Source of the DNA: an uncultured Poribacteria bacterium
Lineage (GTDB): Bacteria > Poribacteria > WGA-4E > WGA-3G
Assembly: GCA_951813565.1 (NCBI GenBank)
Contig: OX638351.1
Span: 3,200,001-3,264,000, forward strand
Length of the DNA: 64,000 bases
Direction: 5' to 3'
Below are positions 10,047-20,759 of this stretch, one piece after another. The position numbers and the translations under genes are program-made. How positions within the stretch are numbered: position 1 is the stretch's first letter; the number at the start of each line of letters is the position of its first letter. Under the pieces are notes generated by a model. The model was not told the origin of the DNA, made no database searches, and saw nothing but the letters and a program-made list of their open reading frames with translations.

Positions 10047-11210
10047 ATGAGTATAAATATTGGTATTAGTTCTAAAGTTTACAGATTGACGGCTTCACCG
10101 AAACATCATTTTTTCGGATATTACGGAATTAATCCGTGGGATAAATCAGGTCAATATCATCTTGCACTGGAAACAGATTTTCACACACATCGTCCGACAA
10201 CATCCGATGTTGCCACTGTTGGACTTGTTGATCGCGAAACACATAACTTTATTCCTTATGCCAAAACCTCTGCTTTCAATCTACAACAAGGTAGTATGAT
10301 GCATTGGATAGGTGAGGAATTTACTTTTAACGATTGGGAGAGTGGGACACTTGTATCTCGTGCGCTGAATCCAAAAACAAAGAATATCCGCACGATTCAA
10401 GGAGCGATTGCGGCAGTTTCACCAACAGAACCTGTTGCTATAGGATTGAACTATCAACGTATGGCACATTGTCGTAGCGTTGTTGGTTATGCCAGTGATC
10501 TGGAACTGAATAACATCAAAGCACAACCCGAAGATGACGGTTTATATCTGCTTGGCCTTCAAGATGGTACATCAAAACTCATCCTTTCAATTGCGGATAT
10601 GATGTCAACTATTGACGATGAAAGGCTTGTTGAGAGACGGGCTTGGTTTAACCATGTCCTTTTCAATACAGATGGCACTCGGATTTTGTTTTTCTGCCGC
10701 GTCAGACACGAAAAAGGTTTTTATTCATCGCTATGGACGGTTAACCCTGATGGAACCGGTTTGGAGATACAGATTCCGTTCGGTTATCGCGTTTCACACT
10801 TTGATTGGAAAACTCCCACCGAAATTCTTGTCTCTTCCGATATAGTGGATGAGATGGGTTTCGTTGAATTTACTGACGGTATGCGAAATTTTAAACCTCT
10901 CGGACGTGGTGTGTTACCGAACGATGGACACGCTTCATTTTCACCTGACCGACAATGGTTGCTCTGTGATACCTATCCGCGAGGTACAGAACGTTTAGCA
11001 GAACTTTTGCTTTACCATATTACAGAAAACCGAAAAATCGTTCTTGGAGAATTTCATCACGAAGAACAGTTTAGTGGAGACATTCGGTGCGATTTACATC
11101 CGCGTTGGTCATCAGATGGAAAGACAATTACCTTTGATTCTGTCCATGAAGGTTCTCGGCAAATATACAGCATTGACCTACATAAGTTGACAGAAAACTT
11201 GAACGTATAG
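10047..11210 (+). CDS. TolB/oligogalacturonate lyase-like beta-propeller protein
   Basis: HHFFGYY, DGHASFSPD, RCDLHPRWS, FDSVHEG.RQIY. Confidence 0.7.
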   Translation: MSINIGISSKVYRLTASPKHHFFGYYGINPWDKSGQYHLALETDFHTHRPTTSDVATVGLVDRETHNFIPYAKTSAFNLQQGSMMHWIGEEFTFNDWESGTLVSRALNPKTKNIRTIQGAIAAVSPTEPVAIGLNYQRMAHCRSVVGYASDLELNNIKAQPEDDGLYLLGLQDGTSKLILSIADMMSTIDDERLVERRAWFNHVLFNTDGTRILFFCRVRHEKGFYSSLWTVNPDGTGLEIQIPFGYRVSHFDWKTPTEILVSSDIVDEMGFVEFTDGMRNFKPLGRGVLPNDGHASFSPDRQWLLCDTYPRGTERLAELLLYHITENRKIVLGEFHHEEQFSGDIRCDLHPRWSSDGKTITFDSVHEGSRQIYSIDLHKLTENLNV

Positions 11211-11261
11211 GCAAATTTGTGTTGATATGATTGAATTTGAACTACATTGAGGAACATGTGA

Positions 11262-12314
11262 ATGTCAATATCTACCTCTATTCTTGATTTACACACGCAG
11301 TCTCTCGTGATCGATTCCCATAACGATGCCATCGTTGCACATATCCGCCGTGGCAACATCAGTCTTGCAGACGAACACACTAAAAACTCCGATCAGCATA
11401 GTGGCACTATCGCCTATCTACGTGGACGGGTACCGCCTGAAGAGGACGCCATCGGCATTCAACTCAACATTCCAAAAATGCGTCAAGGTGGAATTGATGT
11501 CGCGTTTTTTGCCGTTGACGTGACGCGCGCATGGAAAAATCATCTCTCTTACGCGTTAGACGCTTTCGGTTGGTTTGATACGGAAGTGGCAACCAATGCA
11601 TCTGATATCTGCATCGCACGTACAGCAGCAGACATTCACAAGGCAAAGGCTGAAGGCAAACTTGCCGCAGTGCTTGCCATTGAAAACAGTGAGGCTGTGG
11701 AACGTAGTTTGAATATTCTACGTTCCCTGTATTTACTTAGTGTTCGATCAATTGGGTTGACGCATAACCCAAATACGTGGGCATCAACGGGAAACGATGA
11801 AGGGGAGACTGGTGGAGGTTTAACGAAATTTGGAGTTCAGTTGGTAAAAGAGATGAATAAACTCGGCATGCTGGTTGATGTATCGCACATCAGCGAACGC
11901 GGATTTTGGGATGTATTAGATATATCAGACGCACCTGTTATCGCTTCGCATAGCAACTGCAAAACGTTGTGTAACCATTCTCGTAATTTGACCAACGAAC
12001 AACTTAAGGCGATTGCAGTCAACGGTGGCGTAGTAGGGATAACATTTGTACCAGGATTCATCACTGGAGACGGTTGGAAAAAAACACCTCCCTTTGCACA
12101 ACTTCTCAATCATATTGAATATGCAATTGATGTTGCGGGTCTTGACCATGTTGGCATCGGTTCAGATTTTGATGGTGGTGGGGATCTTCTCAAGGATGCT
12201 ACCGAATTCCCTAAAATCACGGAAGGCTTAAGTGAGCGAGGCTACTCGGATGAAGCAATTCAGAAAGTATTGGGTGGGAACCATCTGCGCGTTTTTGAAG
12301 CTGCGTGTGGATAG
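11262..12314 (+). CDS. membrane dipeptidase (peptidase M19)
   Basis: DSHND, AIEN, DVSH, ASHSN, GIGSDFDG. Confidence 0.95.
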   Translation: MSISTSILDLHTQSLVIDSHNDAIVAHIRRGNISLADEHTKNSDQHSGTIAYLRGRVPPEEDAIGIQLNIPKMRQGGIDVAFFAVDVTRAWKNHLSYALDAFGWFDTEVATNASDICIARTAADIHKAKAEGKLAAVLAIENSEAVERSLNILRSLYLLSVRSIGLTHNPNTWASTGNDEGETGGGLTKFGVQLVKEMNKLGMLVDVSHISERGFWDVLDISDAPVIASHSNCKTLCNHSRNLTNEQLKAIAVNGGVVGITFVPGFITGDGWKKTPPFAQLLNHIEYAIDVAGLDHVGIGSDFDGGGDLLKDATEFPKITEGLSERGYSDEAIQKVLGGNHLRVFEAACG

Positions 12315-12341
12315 AGCGAATGTAAATGTAAACAGTACAAT

Positions 12342-13337
12342 TTATCTCTCAATCATTTGACAGATAGAATCCCACACTTCATCAACTGTAATCTGTTTCA
12401 TACAGATATTATCTTTACATTTATCCGTAAACTGTTTACAAGGACTGCACGGCACATCATAGCGAATGATTGTGTGTAAATTCCCGAAAGGTTGGAATCG
12501 GATGTGATTGCCAGGACCGAACAGTGCTACGGTGGGTGTTCTCACTGCAGCTGCGATGTGCATCGGCCCGGTGTCATTTGTGAGAAAAAGATTACACCTT
12601 TCTATGCAAGCGGCTAACTGTCGAATATGAAGTTTTCCCGCAAATGGAGTAGCAGGTTCGTTCATCAGTTTGCTAACTGTGTGTACCAAGTCTACCTCCT
12701 TCGGTCCGCCGAAAATGATGACTTGTGCATTGAAATGTCGAACGAGTTTATCTCCAATAGCTGCGAAACGTTCTGGCATCCATTCTCGCAATTTCCATCC
12801 TGCCCCTGGGAATAGACCAACCTTTAACTGCATTTCTGCTATACCCGCTTCTTCGAAAGCGTGATAAACATCTGCACGTTCAGATTCCGTAAGGAAAAGT
12901 TCTAATTGACGATTTTCTGCTGGTATTCCGGTTGCATGTAACAGATCAAAATAGTGTTCTGTTGCATGTTTGTTGTCCCGTTCAGGAACACGGGTTGTGC
13001 AGAGTCTTCCCTTTCCAACACGCTCAGAAGCCCCACTTAAAAACATGAGTAGTTCTGTCCGAAACTTACGTTGAAAATCAAATGTAAGTCCGAATTTACG
13101 TTGACGCAAGATACGGATAATCCGCAGCATTTCACCCGTATCCTTGTCTTTCGCGAACCTATTGAATTGGATTATCTCATTGAGGTGTGGATTTTGTCGG
13201 AGAACATCTGCAGATTGCTTCGCGACTAACATCGCGATATAAGCATTGGGAAAATGGGCGCGAATAGCACGAATAGCTGGGGTTGTCAACACTACATCTC
13301 CGAGCGAACTGAGGCGAATGAGTAAAATTCGTTCCAT
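12342..13337 (-). CDS. GT9 LPS heptosyltransferase (WaaF-like)
   Basis: RLSSLGDVV, TNDTGPMHIAAA, ALFGP. Confidence 0.9.
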   Translation of the reverse strand: MERILLIRLSSLGDVVLTTPAIRAIRAHFPNAYIAMLVAKQSADVLRQNPHLNEIIQFNRFAKDKDTGEMLRIIRILRQRKFGLTFDFQRKFRTELLMFLSGASERVGKGRLCTTRVPERDNKHATEHYFDLLHATGIPAENRQLELFLTESERADVYHAFEEAGIAEMQLKVGLFPGAGWKLREWMPERFAAIGDKLVRHFNAQVIIFGGPKEVDLVHTVSKLMNEPATPFAGKLHIRQLAACIERCNLFLTNDTGPMHIAAAVRTPTVALFGPGNHIRFQPFGNLHTIIRYDVPCSPCKQFTDKCKDNICMKQITVDEVWDSICQMIER

Positions 13338-13390
13338 GAGCTTTTAATTGGTATTCAGTTAAGAGATTCCTTGTCAATCTAAAACCGCCT

Positions 13391-14578
13391 TCAACTACCA
13401 TTTTCATAAGAAAAATTTACAATTTTCTTTTCAATTCCATCCATCGCCGTTTCAACAAGTGTTGCTATATCAAAACCTGCCTCCGCTTTGTCTAAATCTG
13501 CAGGTGATGCGTGCGTTGCAGGGTGCTTCGGCACAAAAAGAGAACAACAATCCTGATGTGGAAGTGTAGATACCTTAAAAGTGCCTATCTGTTCAGCTTT
13601 CGCGATAATATCAATCTTATCATAGCCGATAAGAGGACGGAGAATTGGTATGTCTGCAATTGCTTCAATTGACCGAAGGTTCGTAAGTGTTTGGGATGCT
13701 ACCTGTGCAAGACTTTCTCCTGTAACAAGTGCTTCAGCGTCAACAAATGCAGCAACCCGCTGTGCGATACGTGTCATCATCCGCCGATACAGTAAAACTC
13801 GAAACGGTGCGGGAGTTTCTGTTACGATAGTTTGTTGAAGTTCGGCAAATGGCACCAGAAAAATTACACTGCGATAGTTCGACTCTGCTAAGATATTGGT
13901 CAACTCTATTACCTTCTCCAACGATGCCTTATCAGTATAAGGATAACTGTAGAAGTGAATAAAAACGGCTTTCGTACCACGTTTAATCATTTGCCACGCT
14001 GCAACAGGGGAATCAATCCCGCCAGAAAGCATCACAAGTACTTTTCCACTAACACCAACCGGCAAGCCACCAACGCCTTGAAGTTTATCAGTGTAAATAT
14101 AGGCAGAATTGTGTGATATTTCTACCCAGCAGCGTAGGTCAGGGTTATGCATATCTGCCCTGGCACCAGTCTGTTGAATCAGGTGTCCGCCGACTTCACT
14201 ACTAATTTCGGGCGAAGTTAACGGAAAGGATTTGTCGGAACGTTTGGTTTCAACTTTTAGTGTCTCAAAAGTTTTTCCTTCGGTCAGCTGCAAAGCAGTG
14301 TCTTTAATTACATCAATGTCTTTTTCGGTGCGACAAACAAGTTCAAAATGTGCAATACCCATAACTCGCCGCAGTCGTTTCTCGATTTCAGCAATATCTG
14401 TCCCTTGTTTAAGATGCACAACGATTCTATCGTGAAGTCTTTGGACTTCTGCGTAACCTGTTCCGCGTAGGGAAAGTTTGATGTTTTGTGTAAGCTTCTT
14501 TTCAAAAAACACTCTATTTTTCCCTTTGAGTCCAACTTCAGCATAATGAATTATAAATAACTTTTCGGTATAATGCAT
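13391..14578 (-). CDS. thiI: tRNA 4-thiouridine synthase
   Basis: THUMP domain, GGLPVG, SGGIDS PP-loop, GESLAQVASQT, DCC. Confidence 0.95.
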   Translation of the reverse strand: MHYTEKLFIIHYAEVGLKGKNRVFFEKKLTQNIKLSLRGTGYAEVQRLHDRIVVHLKQGTDIAEIEKRLRRVMGIAHFELVCRTEKDIDVIKDTALQLTEGKTFETLKVETKRSDKSFPLTSPEISSEVGGHLIQQTGARADMHNPDLRCWVEISHNSAYIYTDKLQGVGGLPVGVSGKVLVMLSGGIDSPVAAWQMIKRGTKAVFIHFYSYPYTDKASLEKVIELTNILAESNYRSVIFLVPFAELQQTIVTETPAPFRVLLYRRMMTRIAQRVAAFVDAEALVTGESLAQVASQTLTNLRSIEAIADIPILRPLIGYDKIDIIAKAEQIGTFKVSTLPHQDCCSLFVPKHPATHASPADLDKAEAGFDIATLVETAMDGIEKKIVNFSYENGS

Positions 14579-14651
14579 TGCTATTAATCCTTATATTGAC
14601 TTAAGATGCACTGCTTGAGAACGGTCATGAATCCTTGTAAGCTGATTAAAT

Positions 14652-15308
14652 TTATGCAAGGACAGTTTCTGTTGTACGAAAATGAAGTTTGGCAACATTC
14701 CTTAGTGCTTTAGCACCGTGCAATTTGATAAATTCTTTTCCTGCGTCTGTAACCTGATATGCACCTCTCGGCAACCGTATCTTATATCTTTGTGATAAAG
14801 TTTCTATACCTTTCAGAAAAGCATCGCGCGCTATGATTGACGCAGCAGCTACTGCGATGTCTCTTTCTGCCTTAGTTTCCTGTTTTATCTCTATATCTTG
14901 TTGTGCCAACTGTGGTGTTATTATATCATTATTTGCAAATTTATCTATGAGCGCGTGCTTCGCTCCCATACGGTTCGCAAGTGTTTGAATGGACTCAATA
15001 TGTAATTTGGCAAGCATCGTATTTAGGTTTTGGTCACGCTTTCTGAGGATTTCGTAAAGAGAATTATAGTCCTCTGGCATCTTTTGTTTAATAACGATGT
15101 GTTGCTCGTAATGCTTCCATATCCAATCAGCAAGTTTACGGACGCGTGGATTTGAAATCTTCTTTCCATCAGTAATTTTCTTACTCAAAAACTCATCTTG
15201 ACAATCGGCGTTTACGTAAACTCCCGCAACAACAAGCGGACCAAAGTAATCGCCTTTTCCTGCTTCGTCCGTACCGATCCATTCATTCCAACTGTGTATA
15301 TCATTCAT
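14652..15308 (-). CDS. rnhC: ribonuclease HIII (catalytic domain only)
   Basis: IGTDEAGKGDYFGPLVV, KAE..AVAAASIIAR, AKLHF. Confidence 0.85.
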   Translation of the reverse strand: MNDIHSWNEWIGTDEAGKGDYFGPLVVAGVYVNADCQDEFLSKKITDGKKISNPRVRKLADWIWKHYEQHIVIKQKMPEDYNSLYEILRKRDQNLNTMLAKLHIESIQTLANRMGAKHALIDKFANNDIITPQLAQQDIEIKQETKAERDIAVAAASIIARDAFLKGIETLSQRYKIRLPRGAYQVTDAGKEFIKLHGAKALRNVAKLHFRTTETVLA

Positions 15309-15323
15309 ATTATATGTCTATAT

Positions 15324-15887
15324 CTATTTTGAATTATAGAGGGCAGCGAATTGGGTAACTTCGCGTCCAATCGTTTTGACACGCGCTGCCAATTCTGGAT
15401 CGCGTAAATTACCGTTCTCATCAAAAGCTTGAGAAGCACGTGGAATTGAAACATCGTTCGGAATGACCCATGCACGTAATGTAGCACCTACAATTCTTAA
15501 CATTGACAAGGCATTTCCCGCGCCCATCCTACCACCTGAAACACCGATTAGTCCAACAACCTTATTTTCAAATTCCTCATACCGCATCAGATCTAAAGCG
15601 TTTTTGAGAACGCCACTGAAACTTCCATGGTATTCTGGAGTGCCAAGAAGAATACCATGCGCGCGTTTCACCTTTTCCTTGAGTATGAAAACATCGGGAG
15701 GATATTCAGATTCATCTGCAACTGCACCGTGGAAGATAAGTTGATATTCACTCAAATCCAGCAACTCTACCTCCGCACCGACCTCTTTTGCACCTGCAAG
15801 AGCAATTGTCAGTGCTGCGTGTGTGGTACTACCTTGCCGTAGACTACCGCATAGCCCTACCACATAAATCTGTTTATTTGATACCAT
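15324..15887 (-). CDS. NADPH-dependent FMN reductase
   Basis: GSLR.GS, TPEYHGSFSGVLKNALD. Confidence 0.95.
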   Translation of the reverse strand: MVSNKQIYVVGLCGSLRQGSTTHAALTIALAGAKEVGAEVELLDLSEYQLIFHGAVADESEYPPDVFILKEKVKRAHGILLGTPEYHGSFSGVLKNALDLMRYEEFENKVVGLIGVSGGRMGAGNALSMLRIVGATLRAWVIPNDVSIPRASQAFDENGNLRDPELAARVKTIGREVTQFAALYNSK

Positions 15888-15913
15888 AAGGAATATCCTC
15901 TACTCAGGAATAT

Positions 15914-17257
15914 TTATTTTTTCTTTTGTAGTTCACTTTTATTTTCTTTGAGTTTTTCTTGTGTTTTCGCGCGGAGATTCTCATAAGCCTCAACACTTGG
16001 AGCAAGAGTGAGAGCGCGGTTGATAGCAACTAACGCCTCGGAGTATTGTTTATTGCGGTAATAGGCATAAGCAAGTGTGTCGTAATGTTTCGGTATTGGG
16101 GACAAAGCAACTGCATTTTCTGCAAGCGCAATTGCTTGTTTAGTCTCTGTCCCGAGGCCGGCATAGACACGCGCTAAATTGTTATAGGCTTCAGCGGATG
16201 TGTTATCTGCTGCAATAGCCTGCTTGAAAGCCTCAACAGCACGTTCAAACTGCTTACGATTAATATGTATAACACCCAACTTTAACCATGCTTGTAAGTT
16301 GTCAGGTTCAATTTCTGTTATTTTTTGATAGACTTTGGTCGCTTTTTCTAAGGCACGTTGATGAATCAGCACTGTGCCAAGGCTGTGATAGGCGGGTAAA
16401 AAAGAAGGATATAACGCCATTGCAGTCTGATATACACGTTGTGCATCAGCAAAGTTGTCAAATTTTTCGTGGAGTTGTCCTAACTTCACATACAAAATCG
16501 GAGTGTTCGGATTTTTGTAAATTGCTTCGCGAAACCGATGAACGTTGTCTGAGTAACTTTTCATTCGTTCAAACTGCGCCATCGCTTTTTCTGCTGCTTC
16601 CAGATTTTGTAAACAACGGTACGCGATTGCAAGACGGTAATGCGGTTGTGGATCGTAAAGGTTTTGTTTAATGGCTCGACGGTAGTTGTTAACAGCAGAA
16701 ATGAAATCGTTCTGCATTTCTGCCACCCTACCTAAACCGTAATAGGATTCAGTAAAATTTGGATTTAACAGGATGCTCTGGCGATACGCATGTTTTGCCT
16801 TGTCCAATTGACGTTGGAGGAGGTATACCTCTCCAAGATGAATATACGCTTCTGGAGTTTCAGGAGTAAGCGTTAGGACCTCTTTGAGATGCGTCTTTGA
16901 GAGGTGCAATTTTCCTTGTGCTTTGTAGACGATCCCTAAATGGAGGTGAGCACTACCGTGTATTGGCGGAGGGGCTTGGAATGTTAACGCATTCTGATAT
17001 GCTTCTAATGCTTCGTTCAGTCTATTTTGTTCTTGAAGCACCATGCCGATATAACAATAGATGCCGCTACTTGGTTCTTGCTTTCGTATGGTATCAAACG
17101 CCGCTAACGCTTTTTCATACTGTTCCATCTCCATGTAGTGGAGCCCAAGCGCAAATGGGTCGTTAAGCACAACATCGGTATCGCTCCATACCGATACCGT
17201 TCCCCACTGAAAACATAGTGCCAAACAGAAGCACATAAGCAGGCGGTAGTTTAACAT
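15914..17257 (-). CDS. secreted tetratricopeptide-repeat protein
   Basis: Signal peptide and many TPR units; start moved from 17290 because that codon lies inside a terminator hairpin. Confidence 0.85.
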   Translation of the reverse strand: MLNYRLLMCFCLALCFQWGTVSVWSDTDVVLNDPFALGLHYMEMEQYEKALAAFDTIRKQEPSSGIYCYIGMVLQEQNRLNEALEAYQNALTFQAPPPIHGSAHLHLGIVYKAQGKLHLSKTHLKEVLTLTPETPEAYIHLGEVYLLQRQLDKAKHAYRQSILLNPNFTESYYGLGRVAEMQNDFISAVNNYRRAIKQNLYDPQPHYRLAIAYRCLQNLEAAEKAMAQFERMKSYSDNVHRFREAIYKNPNTPILYVKLGQLHEKFDNFADAQRVYQTAMALYPSFLPAYHSLGTVLIHQRALEKATKVYQKITEIEPDNLQAWLKLGVIHINRKQFERAVEAFKQAIAADNTSAEAYNNLARVYAGLGTETKQAIALAENAVALSPIPKHYDTLAYAYYRNKQYSEALVAINRALTLAPSVEAYENLRAKTQEKLKENKSELQKKK

Positions 17258-17283
17258 GCGCTGAACCCGAAGGAGTGTATAAG

Positions 17284-17321
17284 AAAACATGGGGAAATTT
17301 CAAGAAATTTCCCCATGTTTT
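17284..17321. terminator. intrinsic terminator hairpin downstream of LamG gene
   Basis: AAAACATGGGGAAATTT-CAAG-AAATTTCCCCATGTTTT perfect 17-bp stem. Confidence 0.8.
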
Positions 17322-17348
17322 TTGTTGTTTATGTGTGACGGTTAAGTG

Positions 17349-18149
17349 TTAATTCCGCTTTGTTTTGAGAATACCCCAAGTTGTTGTCAACTTATCGCGT
17401 GGTTCAACAGAAATGAGTAAGCCACCCATTATGTCGTTAACCTCGTCTTTAGAGAGTGCTCGGTTGAAGGCAAAAAAGTCATCAATGTAGAAAGTCGCGG
17501 ATCTATAACCCGTTTTACCGATATACAACTTTTCTTCACCTTGAGCGTGTGCCGCGGGGACGTCATATTCACCAACTTGGACACCATCAATATAAAAATG
17601 GAATTTGCCTGCCGCTTTGACTCCAGCGATATGATGCCATTTACCAGTTTCAAACTGTTGGTCTTCTCCTCCGGGACCCGCACATTGTGAGCCTTGGTTT
17701 CCAGGATTAAACCGATAGTGAATATTCAAGGAATTAGGACACGTCCATACACCAGGGGAACGGTCAGAACCAGGAGCTTTTTTCGCGAAAATTTGACTCC
17801 AGGCACCATTATGCCCCTGAATGAAGTGGAGCCAGAACACAAAACTATTGTCCTGATATTCTTCCAATTCTTGGAAAGATTCAACTTCCAAACTGGCATT
17901 CTGATCTAACATTTCCAAAGAACCCGAACCAACTTTCTTTTCGTCTGTTGTAACACTTGCGCTTGTCAGCGTTCCATTATTGCCTCCACCGGTACCATCA
18001 GTAACGACGCCTCCTGTTTCTTTGTCGAAACTGAAGTAGAGAATTAAACCGTCGTCTAACGCAGCGTGCGTGGAGAGAATGCCACCAGCGAAAAACATTA
18101 CCGCAATAAACACATAAATCGTAAAACGCATGAGTAAATTCCTCCTCAT
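17349..18149 (-). CDS. secreted LamG-like jellyroll protein with VEP-WGxxK tail
   Basis: Signal peptide, LILYFSFD, WHHIAGV, FYIDG, IDDF..FNRALS; ends VEPRDKLTTTWGILK. Confidence 0.9.
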   Translation of the reverse strand: MRRNLLMRFTIYVFIAVMFFAGGILSTHAALDDGLILYFSFDKETGGVVTDGTGGGNNGTLTSASVTTDEKKVGSGSLEMLDQNASLEVESFQELEEYQDNSFVFWLHFIQGHNGAWSQIFAKKAPGSDRSPGVWTCPNSLNIHYRFNPGNQGSQCAGPGGEDQQFETGKWHHIAGVKAAGKFHFYIDGVQVGEYDVPAAHAQGEEKLYIGKTGYRSATFYIDDFFAFNRALSKDEVNDIMGGLLISVEPRDKLTTTWGILKTKRN

Positions 18150-18434
18150 GTATTCAATAAACTATTTGGTCTTGTTTGGTGCGAAAAGTTTTTTTATGTC
18201 ATCCCACTTTGGATTGTATAATGTTCGCAAACTAAACAACATCTTTTGTAAGGGACAACTTAAAAACACTCTTTTCGTATAATTACGTAATTACGTTGAA
18301 TATTTTACAAAAAACATCAAAATCTGTCAAGAAAAAATCAAATTTTTTATTTTTGATAATATTCGTGTATTTGGTTGAATTAAAAAATATAGTGATGCTT
18401 AGAAATAGATATACATTATTAGGTTTGGGCGTTT

Positions 18435-18889
18435 GTAGTTGCGCAATTCATTGCGCCTCTTACATTAGTTTGTAGGTTGGATAGAGCATAGCGAAACCTA
18501 TCGTCATCATTTTTAGAATGAATCTGCTTTTTATGGGAGTCTCCTCGTACGGTAGGAGCGGTTTCCTAACCGCTCCGTGTTCTCCGAAAAACGAACAGTC
18601 GTTCTTGTCAAAGGGTTTCAATTCTGCCAAATGCCCAAAAGCGTATTTGATGTTGATTTGGATTTATCGGGCGGACGAAGCCCTCCTACAAGAAAATGAC
18701 ATGGTTAATGCCAGAAACTTTACATACCCAATATTTACATGCCCTTGACAGGGTGTGTAAAGTTTTTGTAGAAATCCGCACCACTCCTATTGTAGGGGCG
18801 GGTCTCCGCCCTACAGTGGGAAACGCCGCGTAATCATTGCAAATTGAACCTATGTAACCAAATATTTACACACCCATATTTACACACCC
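18435..18889. repeat. cluster of GTAG-tagged REP-like palindromes and a small TIR shell (18751-18875)
   Basis: GTAGTTGCGCAATTCATTGCGC, GTAGGAGCGGTTTCCTAACCGCTCC, GTAGGGGCGGGTCTCCGCCCTAC; GGGTGTGTAAA/TTTACACACCC. Confidence 0.75.
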
Positions 18890-19031
18890 CCTTGACAAAT
18901 TTAATCGTTTTTTGTAAAATGGGTTTCACTATAGTATTTTGAGAAATAGATTTGAAATAGTATGTGGGTTAAAAAATCAACATGCCTACATCTAATATTA
19001 ACTAACTTGTATGCTCAAGGAGGCAATCACG

Positions 19032-19814
19032 ATGAGATTAGTAACATATTTGTCCTTCATACTCCTACTTTTGGTAGGCGTTCTAACTGCACAAGCTGCA
19101 ATTAAAGATGACGGTTTGATTCTCTATTTCAGTTTTGATGAAACTAATGGTAAAAAAATTGAAGATAAAACCGGTGGAGGGAATGACGCTGAAATAATTA
19201 ATAACGCAGATATAACAACCGATGAAAAAAAGTTTGGTAAAGGTTCTTTGGAAATCAGAGATGCAAATGCTGATGTCCAAGTTCAACCTTTCAAAGAATT
19301 GAATGAATATCAGGACAACAGTTTTCTATTTTGGATCAACTTCATTGCAGCTCATAATGGTGCTTGGAGCCAAATTATCGCAAAAAAAGGACCTGGGGAC
19401 CGATCTCCTGGTATATGGATTTGCCCAAATTCTCTGAACATTCACTGGCGGTTCAACCCTGGAAATCAAGGCACCGAATGTGCTGGTCCTAAAGGAGAAG
19501 GATCCCTGTTTGAATTAGATAAATGGTATCATGTTGCGGGGACCAAAGAAGATGGAACATTGACGTTTTACATTGATGGCGAAAAAACCCAAACAAACGG
19601 TGTTCCGGCAAAACATAATCAGGGTGCTCAGCAACTTTTTATTGGTAAAACGGGATATAGAGCAGCAACCTTCTACATTGATGAACTTTACGTATACGAC
19701 AGAGCCCTTGATGGCGATGAGGTTTCAGGGGTGATGGAAGGTGACTTACTTCCTGTTGAACCCCAGGAAAAACTTGCCACTAAGTGGGGAAAAATGAAAA
19801 CGCGTCGTGACTAA
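19032..19814 (+). CDS. secreted LamG-like jellyroll protein with VEP-WGxxK tail
   Basis: Close paralog of 17349-18149; AGGAGG RBS; ends VEPQEKLATKWGKMK. Confidence 0.9.
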   Translation: MRLVTYLSFILLLLVGVLTAQAAIKDDGLILYFSFDETNGKKIEDKTGGGNDAEIINNADITTDEKKFGKGSLEIRDANADVQVQPFKELNEYQDNSFLFWINFIAAHNGAWSQIIAKKGPGDRSPGIWICPNSLNIHWRFNPGNQGTECAGPKGEGSLFELDKWYHVAGTKEDGTLTFYIDGEKTQTNGVPAKHNQGAQQLFIGKTGYRAATFYIDELYVYDRALDGDEVSGVMEGDLLPVEPQEKLATKWGKMKTRRD

Positions 19815-19830
19815 TTCCATATCCATAAAT

Positions 19831-19858
19831 ATAGGGACGGCTTCTATGCTGTCCCTAT
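19831..19858 (+). terminator. terminator-like hairpin
   Basis: ATAGGGACGGC-TTCTAT-GCTGTCCCTAT followed by T-rich tract. Confidence 0.65.
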
Positions 19859-19957
19859 TCATTTTCTATCCCCTTTGATTATGCATTCTTCATAAATAAG
19901 GGTGAATTTTAAATTAATTTCGCAACATTGATAAATATCCATATCACAGAGGACATA

Positions 19958-20746
19958 ATGAAAAAAGGAATATGTATTGGGTCATTGCCCGGCGATTCAA
20001 CAGATGCGCGGTTTAAACTTGCCAAAAAAGCAGGTTTTGACGGCGTTGAAATCGGAACATTAAGTAATGATACAGAACGCGTTAAAATAAAACAGTTGGC
20101 AACAGATAACGGAATTGAGTTGTGCAGCGTGATGAATGGAAAACATTGGTCACATCCACTTTCAGATGCGGATGCTGCGGTGCGTGAAGTGTCTCACAAT
20201 GCGATGCTTGATTCATTAGCGACAGCAGAGGCTATAGGTGCAGATACGGTGTTGCTTGTTGCAGCAGTTGTTAATCAAAAGACCACTTATGAAGAGGCAT
20301 ACCAACGTTCCCAAGAAGAAATTCGGAAATTGATTCCAACTGCAAAAGAAAAAGGACTAACCATTGCGATAGAGAACGTATGGAATAAATTTCTATTGAG
20401 TCCTATAGAATTTGCGCGTTACCTTGATGAATTTGAGAGCGATGCAGTTTCAGCTTATTTTGATGTCGGCAATATTGTTGCATACGGTTTTCCACAACAT
20501 TGGATCCATTCGCTTGGTTCTCGTATTTCCAAGGTACATGTAAAAGGCTTCAATGCAAATGAACACCGGTTTACATATCTGATTGAAGAATGCACAATTG
20601 ATTGGAACGCAGTAATGACAGCGCTAACAGATGTCGGGTATGACGACTATATGACAGCCGAACTACCAGTAGGAGCGGATGATCCGGAAGGCACAGTTCA
20701 TCAAATTAGCGAAGATATGGGTAAAATTATCGCTGGAGAAGTTTAG
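19958..20746 (+). CDS. sugar phosphate isomerase/epimerase
   Basis: GFDGVEI, IENVWNKFLLSP, FDVGN, VHVKGF, TAE. Confidence 0.9.
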   Translation: MKKGICIGSLPGDSTDARFKLAKKAGFDGVEIGTLSNDTERVKIKQLATDNGIELCSVMNGKHWSHPLSDADAAVREVSHNAMLDSLATAEAIGADTVLLVAAVVNQKTTYEEAYQRSQEEIRKLIPTAKEKGLTIAIENVWNKFLLSPIEFARYLDEFESDAVSAYFDVGNIVAYGFPQHWIHSLGSRISKVHVKGFNANEHRFTYLIEECTIDWNAVMTALTDVGYDDYMTAELPVGADDPEGTVHQISEDMGKIIAGEV

Positions 20747-20759
20747 AGTTCAGTTTTAA

